DNA of 64,000 nucleotides, from NCBI GenBank assembly GCA_035299385.1, contig DATGWQ010000268.1, forward strand, positions 82,524-146,523, given 5' to 3'. The notes under the pieces are model-generated. The model searched no databases. It was not told the origin of the DNA and saw nothing but the letters and a program-made list of their open reading frames with translations. This DNA comes from Bacteroidales bacterium (GTDB lineage: Bacteria; Bacteroidota; Bacteroidia; Bacteroidales; VadinHA17). The position numbers and the translations under genes are program-made. Shown here piece after piece: positions 35,450-46,000 of this stretch. Numbering within the stretch: the stretch's first letter is position 1; every line of letters begins with the position of its first letter.

Positions 35450-37708
35450 GTGAAAGATTTTTCATCGATGCTGCTGCCGGAAAGATTCAGGAAAGAAAGG
35501 GAAAAGGAGAATCAGGACATACCTGAAGAGGCCGGGAAAACCCAGGGTGAAAACGCTCCCGAAGATAAAGACGAAGAAGCAGGAAGCTTCCTTGATGTAA
35601 TCGAACGGATTGCAAGACAGCAGAATGCTCTGCAGTCAGCCGGGCAGCAATTTGAAGAAAAAGACCTCAGCAATATGTCTCCCGGCGATTTCCCTGATGT
35701 GGAAATCACCGGTCCGATGGACACCAAAATGCGTGAGCTTGCAGAAATTGTTCATTCCATCGAGAACCGTGTTCTTGTCAGTCCGTCAGTAGAGCTAAAG
35801 AAATCATATAAAATAAATTACAGGGATCAGCTGAACCCTGCACAGCTTGCAGCTGTAACGACTATCAACGGCCCTCTGCTCGTCATTGCCGGCGCAGGCA
35901 GCGGCAAAACACGCGTAATAGTTCATCGTGTCGCCTTCATGATTGAAAACAGTATTGATCCCAACGAAATACTGCTGCTGACATTCACGAGGAAAGCTGC
36001 TGCCGAGATGCTCGGCAGGGTGCAGCACCTTTTACAGAACGAGAGTGCCACAAAAGTGTACGGCGGAACATTCCATTCATTCGCGAACTATGTCCTGAGG
36101 AAATATTCTGCCCTGCTTGGCATCCCTCCGAATTTCACGATAATCGATTCCGAGGATTCAGCCGATACGATAGACCTGATCAGGTCTGAGCTAAAGATTG
36201 ATAAGAAAGAAAAAGCTTTTCCGAAGAAAAACCGCCTCCAGGAAATATTTTCATCCGCAAGGAACAGGAATATTCCGATCAGGGATGTAATATTCAATGA
36301 TTTCAGCGGTCTTAAGGAATTCATCGAGCAGATTGAGCTCATTTACATCGGGTACGTAAAATATAAAAAAACATGCAGGATCTTTGATTATGATGACCTG
36401 ATGGAAGTGCTGAGGGATTCACTTCGCGATAATAATGTTTTCAGAAGCCGAATGAATGAAAAGTTCCGGTATGTAATGGTGGATGAATACCAGGATACTA
36501 ATATCATTCAGAAGGAGATTACCGAATACCTTGCCGGAGAATACGGGAATATCATGGTCGTGGGCGACGACTCACAGAGCATCTATTCTTTCAGGGGAGC
36601 GAATTACGAGAACATTCTCCGTTTTCCCCAGAAGTATCCCGATTGCAGGGTAATTAAAATCGAGGAGAATTACCGGAGCAACCAGAAGATACTCGATTTT
36701 ACGAACCAGATAATCGAAAATGCCCGCATCGGCTACAGGAAGCAGCTTTACTCAAGCATTCCTTATACAGAGCTGCCGGTGGTAAGGAAATTCTATGACC
36801 AGCAGGCTGAAGCTGCTTTCATTGTCGACAGGATCCTCGATTACCGCGAAAAAGGAATATCCCTTAACCAGGTGGCTGTTCTGGTCCGTGCATTCTGGCA
36901 TGCCCGGTACATTGAAACTGAGCTGAACAGGAGAAGCATTCCTTATGTTGCTGTGGGCGGTCTTGCATTCAACGAAAGGAAGCACGTCAAGGATGTGATC
37001 TCCTACCTGAGGCTCGTTCTAAATCCATATGATGCAGTGGCATGGCACAGGGTGCTCAGGTACCTTCCGGGTGTCGGAATGGTCACTGCAGGGAAGATAA
37101 TCCAGGCTATTGTTTCAGGGAAAGAACCGGAAACCTTTTTCAGCAAAACCAAATTTGCAGAAGGCCTCCATGCCCTGCTCGTTATGATCAGGAATGCTTC
37201 TGAAGTGCATGGAATACCTCAGAAAGTTGAAATAGTAAAAGAGTACTATCTTCCCATACTCAGGTCAGCAGAACCTGACTTCCAGGTGAGGATACTCGAT
37301 ATCAATGTACTTATCGAGCTTGCATCGGGATATGAATCACTGGATAAGTTCCTTACGGATTTCGCACTCGATCCGCCGTCAAAAAAGTTCGGGACCAAAA
37401 CAGTTCCGCTTATCGATGAATCTGAAGACAAGCCGCTTACGATATCCACGATCCACTCGGCAAAAGGACTCGAATGGTATGCTGTTTTCATCCCGCACGC
37501 ACTCGACGGGTTGATACCATCGGTGAGGTCAGTCAGCAACCTCGAGGAGATTGAAGAAGAAAGGAGGCTTTTTTATGTGGCATGCAGTAGGGCGAAGCAG
37601 GACCTCATAATAACGATGCCTTCATATGTTTCCAATTATAATGCTTTCCTTTCTTATCCGAGCAGGTTCCTTGTCGAGATAAGCAGGGACAAGTTCAGCT
37701 TCAGGTGA
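35450..37708 (+). CDS. UvrD/PcrA/Rep-family DNA helicase with ~110-aa charged N-terminal extension
   Basis: LNPAQLAAV, AGAGSGKT, MVDEYQDTN, GDDSQSIYSFRGA, TIHSAKGLEW, YVACSRAK. GTG start at 35450; an alternative ATG is at 35468. Confidence 0.9.
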   Translation: MKDFSSMLLPERFRKEREKENQDIPEEAGKTQGENAPEDKDEEAGSFLDVIERIARQQNALQSAGQQFEEKDLSNMSPGDFPDVEITGPMDTKMRELAEIVHSIENRVLVSPSVELKKSYKINYRDQLNPAQLAAVTTINGPLLVIAGAGSGKTRVIVHRVAFMIENSIDPNEILLLTFTRKAAAEMLGRVQHLLQNESATKVYGGTFHSFANYVLRKYSALLGIPPNFTIIDSEDSADTIDLIRSELKIDKKEKAFPKKNRLQEIFSSARNRNIPIRDVIFNDFSGLKEFIEQIELIYIGYVKYKKTCRIFDYDDLMEVLRDSLRDNNVFRSRMNEKFRYVMVDEYQDTNIIQKEITEYLAGEYGNIMVVGDDSQSIYSFRGANYENILRFPQKYPDCRVIKIEENYRSNQKILDFTNQIIENARIGYRKQLYSSIPYTELPVVRKFYDQQAEAAFIVDRILDYREKGISLNQVAVLVRAFWHARYIETELNRRSIPYVAVGGLAFNERKHVKDVISYLRLVLNPYDAVAWHRVLRYLPGVGMVTAGKIIQAIVSGKEPETFFSKTKFAEGLHALLVMIRNASEVHGIPQKVEIVKEYYLPILRSAEPDFQVRILDINVLIELASGYESLDKFLTDFALDPPSKKFGTKTVPLIDESEDKPLTISTIHSAKGLEWYAVFIPHALDGLIPSVRSVSNLEEIEEERRLFYVACSRAKQDLIITMPSYVSNYNAFLSYPSRFLVEISRDKFSFR

Positions 37709-37776
37709 GAAGAAAGAAATAAACAAAGCCTCTCTGCTGATTGTTGAACAGGTGAACTTCATTAAAACAATCAGCC

Positions 37777-38283
37777 ATGACAAAAGAATTCTGGGTAAAC
37801 CTTCCCGTAAAGGACCTGAAGAGATCGAAAGACTTTTTCACAAAGCTTGGTTTTACGTTCAAACCGCTTCCCGGTGACCGGGAGGATGGCGCATGCCTTA
37901 TCCTTGGCACCAAAAGCGTATACGTGATGATGTTCGAAGAAAAAATTTTCAGAAGCTTCACTGACACGAACATTACCGACACTTCAAAAAGCAATGAAGT
38001 CCTTTTTTCAATTGATGCGGAAAATACCGACGAAGTGAACATTCTCGCCGAGAGAGTAAAGAAGGCAGGCGGAAAGGTCCTTGCCGGACCCGCTGAAAAA
38101 GACGGGTGGATGTACGGGTTCGGCTTTAGCGACCCCGACGGTCATCTCTGGAATGTTCTTTATATGGAACCATCATCTGCAGATCAGGCTGAATCCGAAG
38201 AGGAAAGTGATATGGATTCCGAAAGGCCGTCCGAACAGGAAAGCGGCACTCCTCAGCAGAAGCAGGAGATGCAGGTGCCGTAA
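37777..38283 (+). CDS. VOC (glyoxalase/bleomycin-resistance fold) family protein with acidic C-terminal tail
   Basis: FWVNLPVKDLKRSKDFFTKLGF ... GFSDPDGHLWNVLY. The final ~35 aa are a low-complexity Ser/Glu tail. Confidence 0.7.
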   Translation: MTKEFWVNLPVKDLKRSKDFFTKLGFTFKPLPGDREDGACLILGTKSVYVMMFEEKIFRSFTDTNITDTSKSNEVLFSIDAENTDEVNILAERVKKAGGKVLAGPAEKDGWMYGFGFSDPDGHLWNVLYMEPSSADQAESEEESDMDSERPSEQESGTPQQKQEMQVP

Positions 38284-38427
38284 AGGCTAAAGGTTAAAGG
38301 CAAAGGATATATTTTCCAGGTGCCAGTCCGGCGTTGCATGCAACGCCGCTACAAATTACATTATGATATAAGTAGAGCGATTTGTAATCCATGTTGGTTG
38401 GCGCGGATTTGTAATTATTTGTAATCC
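38284..38427 (+). repeat. composite intergenic element: AAAGG word array, perfect 20-bp palindrome, three ATTTGTAAT copies
   Basis: CTAAAGGTTAAAGGCAAAGG (38287-38306). CGGCGTTGCATGCAACGCCG (38329-38348, a perfect palindrome). ATTTGTAAT at 38380, 38407 and 38417, with an inverted partial copy at 38351. Confidence 0.85.
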
Positions 38428-38437
38428 GTGCCATAAA

Positions 38438-38944
38438 TTACCGGTATTGTGACGCATGGTTATACTTATCATATTCCCTGTATACCAATGCATTGATTGA
38501 GTCTTTGTTGCTGAAAAGATGTTTTTCTAGATTGTACAGGAGCCTGTTTTCACCCTGCAGGATGGCTATCACGTGTTTTTCTTTTTCATTCCTGAAATAA
38601 GGCCGTGTCAGACCTATCTTCTCTTTTTTCCAGGGTGAGTCCATGGTGAGCCCGGAAATGACAATATGAAACTGCTTTTTTTTCAGACCCTTTAATATTA
38701 CCTGTTCAGGCCCGTTTTTCCAGATGATCTTCATGCCATTCGCTTCTGCAAATTTCCTGACAAGTTCCACTTCTATACCATAAACGGAATCGCCCGAGAC
38801 CATGACCCATGGTGGATTTACCGCATAACCCACTTTCAGACCGGTACTGGATGCTTTGCGAAATGAATCTTCAGGATCTGCAGGTATGTTCCGGCATTCG
38901 GTAAGCGTCAAAAAAATGAAAAGGAAAATAAAGGAGTACTTCAT
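38438..38944 (-). CDS. short periplasmic substrate-binding-domain lipoprotein (SBP_bac_3-like, single lobe)
   Basis: Start at the ATG at 38944 (MKYSFIFLFIFLTLTEC). LKVGYAVNPPWVMV...YGIEVELVRKFAEANGM...LKKKQFHIVISGLT. It is only 168 aa, with no transporter genes nearby. Confidence 0.6.
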   Translation of the reverse strand: MKYSFIFLFIFLTLTECRNIPADPEDSFRKASSTGLKVGYAVNPPWVMVSGDSVYGIEVELVRKFAEANGMKIIWKNGPEQVILKGLKKKQFHIVISGLTMDSPWKKEKIGLTRPYFRNEKEKHVIAILQGENRLLYNLEKHLFSNKDSINALVYREYDKYNHASQYR

Positions 38945-39058
38945 CTTAAAGATCATGATCAACATCCCCCTGTATACAGAAAATAATACCTGATCATTTA
39001 ACAAACTTTGTAAAGCCTTGTTTAACAATTGTCTGTCTAATCAGCAAACATCTTTAGA

Positions 39059-41197
39059 ATGAATGAAGAAAGCATAATGGCCTGGCCAGGTCAACCTTAT
39101 CCTCTTGGTGCTACTTATGACGGCATAGGCGTGAATTTTGCACTTTTTGCAGAGCATGCTGAAGCAGTGGACCTGTGTCTTTTTGATGATGAAGGAAATG
39201 AAAAAAAAATCAAGATAAACGAAAGAACCCATAACAGCTGGCATATTTATCTTCCGGGAATAAAGCCGGGACAGCTATATGGCTACCGGGTACACGGCAT
39301 TTTCAATCCCGATGAGGGGCAGCGTTTCAATTCGAATAAGCTCCTCATTGATCCTTATGCGTATTCAATAAACGGCACCATCAACTGGAACGATGCACTC
39401 TTTCCGTATGAGATGACCAATCCTGAACAGGATCTTTCCTTCAGTAAATCGAACAGTGCGCCATTTCTGCCCAAGAGCATGGTTATTGACAAGGTTTTTG
39501 ACTGGCAGGGTGACACAAGGCTGAATATTCCGCTTCACAAGACCGTAATATACGAACTCCATGTAAAGGGATTTACACACTTGGCGCCCCACATACCAAA
39601 AACTATCAGGGGAACATACGCGGGACTGGCTCACCAGAAGTCGATAGATTATTTTAAGAAGCTTGGAATAAATGCCGTGGAGCTTATGCCAATACATCAG
39701 TTCGTGGCCGACAGGCACCTGGTAGACAGGGGCCTGACAAACTACTGGGGCTACAATTCAATTGGCTTCTTTGCTCCGGATCACAGGTATGCTTCGAAAA
39801 AGGGCACTCATGTGTCTGAATTCAAACAGATGGTCAAGACGTTGCACAGGGCAGGCATTGAAGTGATTCTCGATGTTGTTTACAACCATACTGCAGAAGG
39901 AAATCATATGGGACCCACCCTGAGTTTCAGGGGGATTGATAATCTTTCCTACTACAGGCTTCTCGATGACAATAAAAGATTTTACAAAGATTATACCGGC
40001 ACAGGTAATACTCTGAATACGATACACCCTACAGTGCTAAGGCTTATCATGGACAGCCTCAGATACTGGGTGATCGACATGCATGTGGACGGTTTCAGGT
40101 TTGATCTTGCCACTGTTCTGGCTCGCGAATTTCATGATGTTGATAAATGGGGATCGTTTTTTGACGTGCTGCATCAGGATCCTGTTCTTTCGCAGGTAAA
40201 GCTCATTGCCGAGCCGTGGGATGTGGGTGAAAATGGTTTTCACGTTGGAAATTTCCCACCCGAATGGATGGAATGGAATGCCAAGTACCGCGACTGCATG
40301 AGGGAATTCTGGAAAGGAGATGAAGCGACACTGCCTGAATTTGCAAACCGGTTCACGGGCAGCTCTGATCTCTACCTCGATAACTGGCGCACACCGGTTG
40401 CGAGCATTAATTTCATCACAGCTCATGATGGTTTTACATTGATGGATCTGGTTTCCTATAATGAGAAGCACAATGAAGCGAATGGTGATGATAATAAGGA
40501 CGGTGAAAACAATAACCGCTCCTGGAACTGCGGAGCCGAGGGGCCTACTGATGATGAAGAGATCAATAAGCTGAGGAAAAGGCAGATACGGAATTTTCTT
40601 ACAACACTGTTCCTTTCACAGGGTGTGCCGATGCTGGTTGCAGGTGATGAAATGGGACGGACCCAGCAGGGAAACAATAATGCATATTGCCAGGATAATG
40701 ATATATCATGGATAAACTGGGATGCAAAAGATGAACAGCTCATGGAATTTTCAGCAGGGCTGATAAATTTCAGGCTTGCTCACCCTGCTTTCTGCAGGAA
40801 CAAATGGTTTCAGCATAAATCTATAAAAGGTATAAAGGATATAGAATGGTTTCTGCCTGAGGGCACGACCATGAGTGATGAGCACTGGAACGAATCAATG
40901 GCCAAATCGCTGGGAGTTTTCCTTTCGGGAGATCACATCGGCGCACAGGATGAGCATGGCGACGTAATTACAGACGATTCGTTCTTTGTAATTTTCAATT
41001 CAAATCATGAATCTGTGGTATTTACGATTCCCGATAAGACCTGGGGAGAGCAATGGTTCAAGATACTCGATACAAATGATGGTTTCTTTAATGCAGAAAC
41101 AGAAGAATTTATATTGAGCCCGGGAGAACATATTGAAGCGGCGGCCAGATCCGTTACACTTTTAACAAACAAAAGAAAACGCACAGGTGAAAGTTGA
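39059..41197 (+). CDS. glgX: glycogen debranching enzyme GlgX/TreX (GH13)
   Basis: WPGQPYPLGATYDGIGVNFALF, YWGYNSIGFFAPD, DVVYNHT, GFRFDLA, EPWD, FITAHDGF. Confidence 0.93.
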   Translation: MNEESIMAWPGQPYPLGATYDGIGVNFALFAEHAEAVDLCLFDDEGNEKKIKINERTHNSWHIYLPGIKPGQLYGYRVHGIFNPDEGQRFNSNKLLIDPYAYSINGTINWNDALFPYEMTNPEQDLSFSKSNSAPFLPKSMVIDKVFDWQGDTRLNIPLHKTVIYELHVKGFTHLAPHIPKTIRGTYAGLAHQKSIDYFKKLGINAVELMPIHQFVADRHLVDRGLTNYWGYNSIGFFAPDHRYASKKGTHVSEFKQMVKTLHRAGIEVILDVVYNHTAEGNHMGPTLSFRGIDNLSYYRLLDDNKRFYKDYTGTGNTLNTIHPTVLRLIMDSLRYWVIDMHVDGFRFDLATVLAREFHDVDKWGSFFDVLHQDPVLSQVKLIAEPWDVGENGFHVGNFPPEWMEWNAKYRDCMREFWKGDEATLPEFANRFTGSSDLYLDNWRTPVASINFITAHDGFTLMDLVSYNEKHNEANGDDNKDGENNNRSWNCGAEGPTDDEEINKLRKRQIRNFLTTLFLSQGVPMLVAGDEMGRTQQGNNNAYCQDNDISWINWDAKDEQLMEFSAGLINFRLAHPAFCRNKWFQHKSIKGIKDIEWFLPEGTTMSDEHWNESMAKSLGVFLSGDHIGAQDEHGDVITDDSFFVIFNSNHESVVFTIPDKTWGEQWFKILDTNDGFFNAETEEFILSPGEHIEAAARSVTLLTNKRKRTGES

Positions 41198-43016
41198 ACT
41201 TGACAGGCGTACAATCGGATTGAACTTTGCAGACGGCAAGGCAGAATTCTGCCTCTGGTCGCCCGGAGCGGAGAGTGTCCAACTGATAATAAATGGAGAA
41301 ATACAGCTCGAGGCATCTTCCGGACAGAAAGGCGATTGGAAGCTGTCAAGCGACATAATCAGGCAAGGCGATCTTTACCAGGTAAAACTCAACGGAGACA
41401 AAGTACTGCCGGATCCTGCTTCACTATGCCAGCCGGAAGGTGTTCATGGGCCTTCACAGGCTATTGATCTCAGGGCTTATTCATGGCATGATGAATCATG
41501 GACCGGGCTGGAAGAAGAAAATATCTTTTATGAGCTTCACACAGGTACTTTCTCAGCTGCAGGCACATTTAAAGGCATTTCAGACAGGCTCGGGTACCTT
41601 AACGATCTCGGAATTAACACTATCGAGATAATGCCTGTGGCACAGTTCCCGGGTGAAAGGAACTGGGGCTACGACGGGGTTTATCCCTTCGCTGTCCAGT
41701 ACTCATATGGCGGGGCTGCAGGACTGCAGAAGCTGGTGGATGACTGCCATCAGCATGGGTTGGCTATTGTCCTGGATGTTGTGTACAACCACCTGGGTCC
41801 GGAGGGTAATTACCTGGAAGAGTTCGGTCCCTATTTTACCGATCAGTACCGGACACCCTGGGGTAAAGCCATAAATCTCGACAGCTATTGGAGCGATGGC
41901 GTAAGACAATTTTTCATTGAGAATATGCTGATGTGGTTCCGAGATTTCCATATTGATGGCCTGCGCCTCGATGCAGTCCATGCAATAAAGGACCTCAGCG
42001 CAAGGCATTTCATACGTGAACTGAGAGAACATGCTGATGAGCTCGCAAATATAACAGGTCGCAAATACATGCTTATAGGGGAAACAGACCTGAACGATAC
42101 CAGGTTCATCAATCCTCCGGCAATAGGAGGTTTTGGTCTGGACAAGCAATGGTGCGATGAGTTTCACCATGCCCTGCATGCTTTCATCACAGGCGAAAGA
42201 AATGGATATTACGCTGATTTCGGTGAGCTTTCTCAAATTGTAAAAGCATTCAACAGCGCTTATGTCTATGATGGTATCTGGTCTGAACACAGGAAACGCA
42301 CTTTCGGGAGCAGCGCCGACGGGATCCCGGGCAGCAAATTTGTTGTTTTCATCCAGAACCATGATCACATCGGAAACAGGATGCTTGGAGACAGGATAGG
42401 TGCGACACTCGATCCCGAGCAACTGAAACTCCTGGCCGGAGCCATGTTCGTGAGCCCTTACATACCTCTCATTTTTATGGGGGAGGAATATAATGAGGAA
42501 AATCCTTTTCTATATTTCACCAGCCATACCGATAAGGTGCTTGCCGAAGCAGTGTCAAAGGGCAGAAAAGAAGAATTTCCTGAATTCATGAGCTCCGGGG
42601 AATTCCCTGAACCACAGTCTGAAGATGTTTATGAAAGATCATCACTTACATTCGATATAAATGACAAAAAGAAACATCTTTTCGAATTTTACAGGGAGCT
42701 GATCCGCCTGAAGAAAAGGCATCCCCTGTTAAATAATTACAACCGTGGAAATTTCAGGGCTTCAGGCGAAGGTGAAAAGGCAATCCTCATAAACAACAAA
42801 ATCGGTCAGGATCACCTCGCAGCGGTACTTAATTTCAATTCTGAAGATCTCAGGATCAGCCTGCCACAGGTGCGGGACTGGCACGTAATAATCAATTCTG
42901 CAGCACAGAAATGGGGGGGCCATTCTCAAAACGAAGGACCTGAATACGACAATAATCTTCTGATAGTTAAACCTTCATCAATAATCATCTTTTCAAACAT
43001 TCCGGCAAATCCTTAA
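41187..43016 (+). CDS. treZ: malto-oligosyltrehalose trehalohydrolase
   Basis: FYELHTGTFSAAGTF, IEIMPVAQFPGERNWGYDGV, LDVVYNHLGPEGNY, DGLRLDAVHAI, IGETD, FIQNHD. GTG start overlapping the glgX end by 11 nt. Confidence 0.9.
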   Translation: MKVELDRRTIGLNFADGKAEFCLWSPGAESVQLIINGEIQLEASSGQKGDWKLSSDIIRQGDLYQVKLNGDKVLPDPASLCQPEGVHGPSQAIDLRAYSWHDESWTGLEEENIFYELHTGTFSAAGTFKGISDRLGYLNDLGINTIEIMPVAQFPGERNWGYDGVYPFAVQYSYGGAAGLQKLVDDCHQHGLAIVLDVVYNHLGPEGNYLEEFGPYFTDQYRTPWGKAINLDSYWSDGVRQFFIENMLMWFRDFHIDGLRLDAVHAIKDLSARHFIRELREHADELANITGRKYMLIGETDLNDTRFINPPAIGGFGLDKQWCDEFHHALHAFITGERNGYYADFGELSQIVKAFNSAYVYDGIWSEHRKRTFGSSADGIPGSKFVVFIQNHDHIGNRMLGDRIGATLDPEQLKLLAGAMFVSPYIPLIFMGEEYNEENPFLYFTSHTDKVLAEAVSKGRKEEFPEFMSSGEFPEPQSEDVYERSSLTFDINDKKKHLFEFYRELIRLKKRHPLLNNYNRGNFRASGEGEKAILINNKIGQDHLAAVLNFNSEDLRISLPQVRDWHVIINSAAQKWGGHSQNEGPEYDNNLLIVKPSSIIIFSNIPANP

Positions 43017-43030
43017 AAACTCCATTATAT

Positions 43031-46000
43031 ATGTTTTATCCTGCTTCAACCTACCGGATCCAGTTCAATAAGGATTTTACCTTTAATGACTTCCTGAAAG
43101 ACAAAGAATATTTCTTCATGCTTCATCCCTCAGCCGTTTATGCAAGCCCCGTACTGGAAGCAGCCCCGGGCAGCAACCATGGTTATGATGTGACAAATCC
43201 CGGCAGGATAAATCCTGAAATCGGCACAATGTCCGAATACACCAGGCTTAACGGGGAGCTGGCATCAAACGGAATCGGGTGGATACAGGATATCGTGCCC
43301 AACCACATGGCATTTCACAATAATAATGCAAGGCTGACTGACGTCCTCGAAAAAGGCAAAGCATCGAAATACGCATCTTTCTTTGACATTGATTTTTCGC
43401 ATCCTGAACTTGAAGATAAGGTCATTGTTCCATTTCTCGGGAAGCCACTTCAGCAATGTCTTGCTGATCATGAAATTATAACAGAATGGAAGGATGGAAA
43501 TTTCCGTTTCAGGTACTACGATTATATTTTTCCGTTCAGCTATGAATCCTTCAGGGAACTGATGCTCATTAAAAAGGCCTTTATGCCCGGTGAGTTTGCC
43601 TCAATCCTTCAGAAGTACAATATTGAAGGGTATCCGGCCCCGGAATTCCTTAATAATGAATGGACCGGACTGAAATCCGCGGCCCGTAGTCATTATGAAA
43701 AATCATCAGCCTTCAGGGATTTTATCAGTAATGCCGCAGACTCGATAAATTCAGATCCTGAGCTTGCTGCAAAATTGCTTCAGATGCAACATTACAGGCT
43801 TGCTTACTGGAGAGAATCGGGAAACATCATGAATTACCGGAGGTTTTTTACAGTAAACGGACTGATCTGCCTTAATATTGATGATGATAAAGTTTTCGAC
43901 GAGTATCATGACTTTATCAGGCAGGAGATTGAAAGCAAAAGAGTAAGGGGATTGAGGGTAGACCATATTGACGGGTTGAAGAAGCCTGAATATTACCTTG
44001 AAAAATTACGGCTGCTTGCAGGCGATGACGTTTATATTGTCATTGAAAAAATTCTTGAGGCTGATGAAAAGCTTCCGTTGAATTTTCCAATACAGGGCAC
44101 CTCAGGATATGATTATCTCTCTGTTGTAAACAACCTCCTGACAAAAAAAACTAACTATAAGAAGCTGAAACAGTTTTACCGTGACTTCACCGGGATAAAA
44201 GATGATGTCGCTGAGATAATTTACAATAAGAAGAAATCAATCCTGACTGAAAGCATGAATGGCGAGCTTGAGAATCTGGCGAGGATGTTCGATGAATCAG
44301 GTTTTGTCACATATGATGCGGATGTGACGAGGGAGATGATCAAAGAGGCCATAGGTGAATTCCTTGTTGCTTTCCCGGTCTATAAATTGTATTCCGATTC
44401 ATTTCCGCTGCCAAAGAATGAAGCTGAAGTCATTGTTAATGTTTTTACAAAAGCCCGGAACAGGTATCCGTATCTTCATAAACCGTTTGACATTCTCGAG
44501 GATCTTTTTCTTGAGCATGATCATGATGAAGCAAGAAGAATCAAAGCTCTGAACTTCTGGCTGAGATGCCTCCAGTTCACCGGTCCCCTGATGGCCAAGG
44601 GAGTTGAGGACACCGTAATGTATTATTATAATTACTTTATTGCTCACAATGAAGTTGGTGATAATCCCGGCTCGGAGGGCATAACAGCGGAGGATTACCA
44701 CCACCTTATGCAGGAGAAGAGAAGGTACTGGCCGGGGAGCATGAATGCCACTTCGACACACGATACAAAGAGGGGAGAGGATGTCCGGGCAAGGCTTAAT
44801 GTGATAAGCGAGATCCCGGAAGAATGGATAAGAAGCGTACGTGAATGGCAAAAGATAAATGCATCCGGAAAGATCGCTTCAGGTGCAAAGACCGCACCAG
44901 ATCCGAATGAGGAATATTTCATCTACCAGACGCTTGCAGGGACATTCCCGATGGATGGGAACGTTACGGAAGACTATTCCAAAAGAGTCGGCGAATATCT
45001 TTTAAAGTCTCTTAAGGAGGCAAAGACCAACAGCAACTGGCTCGATCCTGACACCGATTATGAAAAGGCTGTAACGGATTTCACCTCCGCGATCCTTCAG
45101 GAAGGCAGTAAATTCCTGAAGAGTTTTCTTCCTCTTCAGAAGAAACTGGCAACATATGGAATTATTAACTCATTATCACAATTGATGTTGAAAGTGACAA
45201 GCCCCGGGATCCCTGATTTTTACCAGGGAACCGAGCTGTGGGATCTTTCAATGGTGGATCCTGATAACAGGAGGCCTGTCGATTATGCAGGAAGGCTCCG
45301 CATGCTTAAGGAAATTGATGAGATGAAGATCAGGGATCCTGAGAATTTCATTGGCACGATGAAGGGAAGTTATTTTGACGGAAGGCTAAAGCTGTGGATG
45401 ACTTACGAACTCCTGAGGGAAAGAGAAAATGATCCAGGGCTGTTTCTGCATGGGAGCTATGTCCCCCTGGAAACTGCCGGGAAATACAAGGACAATGTTA
45501 TCGCCTATGCAAGAACAAAAGGTTCAAAATGGTTCATCGTAATTGTTCCGCTTTACCTGGCAGCTGCAGATAAAGATTCAAGATTTGCAAAGATACATGA
45601 GTTCGACTGGAAGGATACTTCCGTCATGCTGCCTGAAATGGCTCCGGCATCGTGGTCTGTTTTCAACGGGTCGAAGGTGAAAGTAACCGGGAAAATATCC
45701 CTTTCCGCAGTGATGAAGTTTCCATGCCCGGTTTTTCTGAAAGGAGGGAACGATCATCAATCAAGGTTTGCGGGAGTACTCTCTCATATCTCATCGTTGC
45801 CGGGTGAATACGGAACAGGCGATCTTGGGGAAACAGCTTACCGGTTTGCCCATATTCTGAAACAGAATGGACAGTCTTTCTGGCAGATATTGCCATTCAA
45901 CCCTGTTGGTGAGGGATATGCATTCTCTCCGTACAGCTCCATATCGGCTTTCGCCGGGAATACAATGTTCATCAGTCCTGATCTGCTCGTACAATCTGGT

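Noticed and set aside
41703-42422. 239-aa minus-strand ORF inside treZ. Similar long shadow ORFs occur at 10529-10951, 19590-20087, 25106-25498, 25762-26193, 40037-40471, 44399-44851, 52770-53186 and 61928-62347.
   Set aside because: All lie entirely antisense to or within genes with strong family signatures, and their translations are low-complexity with no recognisable motifs. They are typical shadow ORFs.
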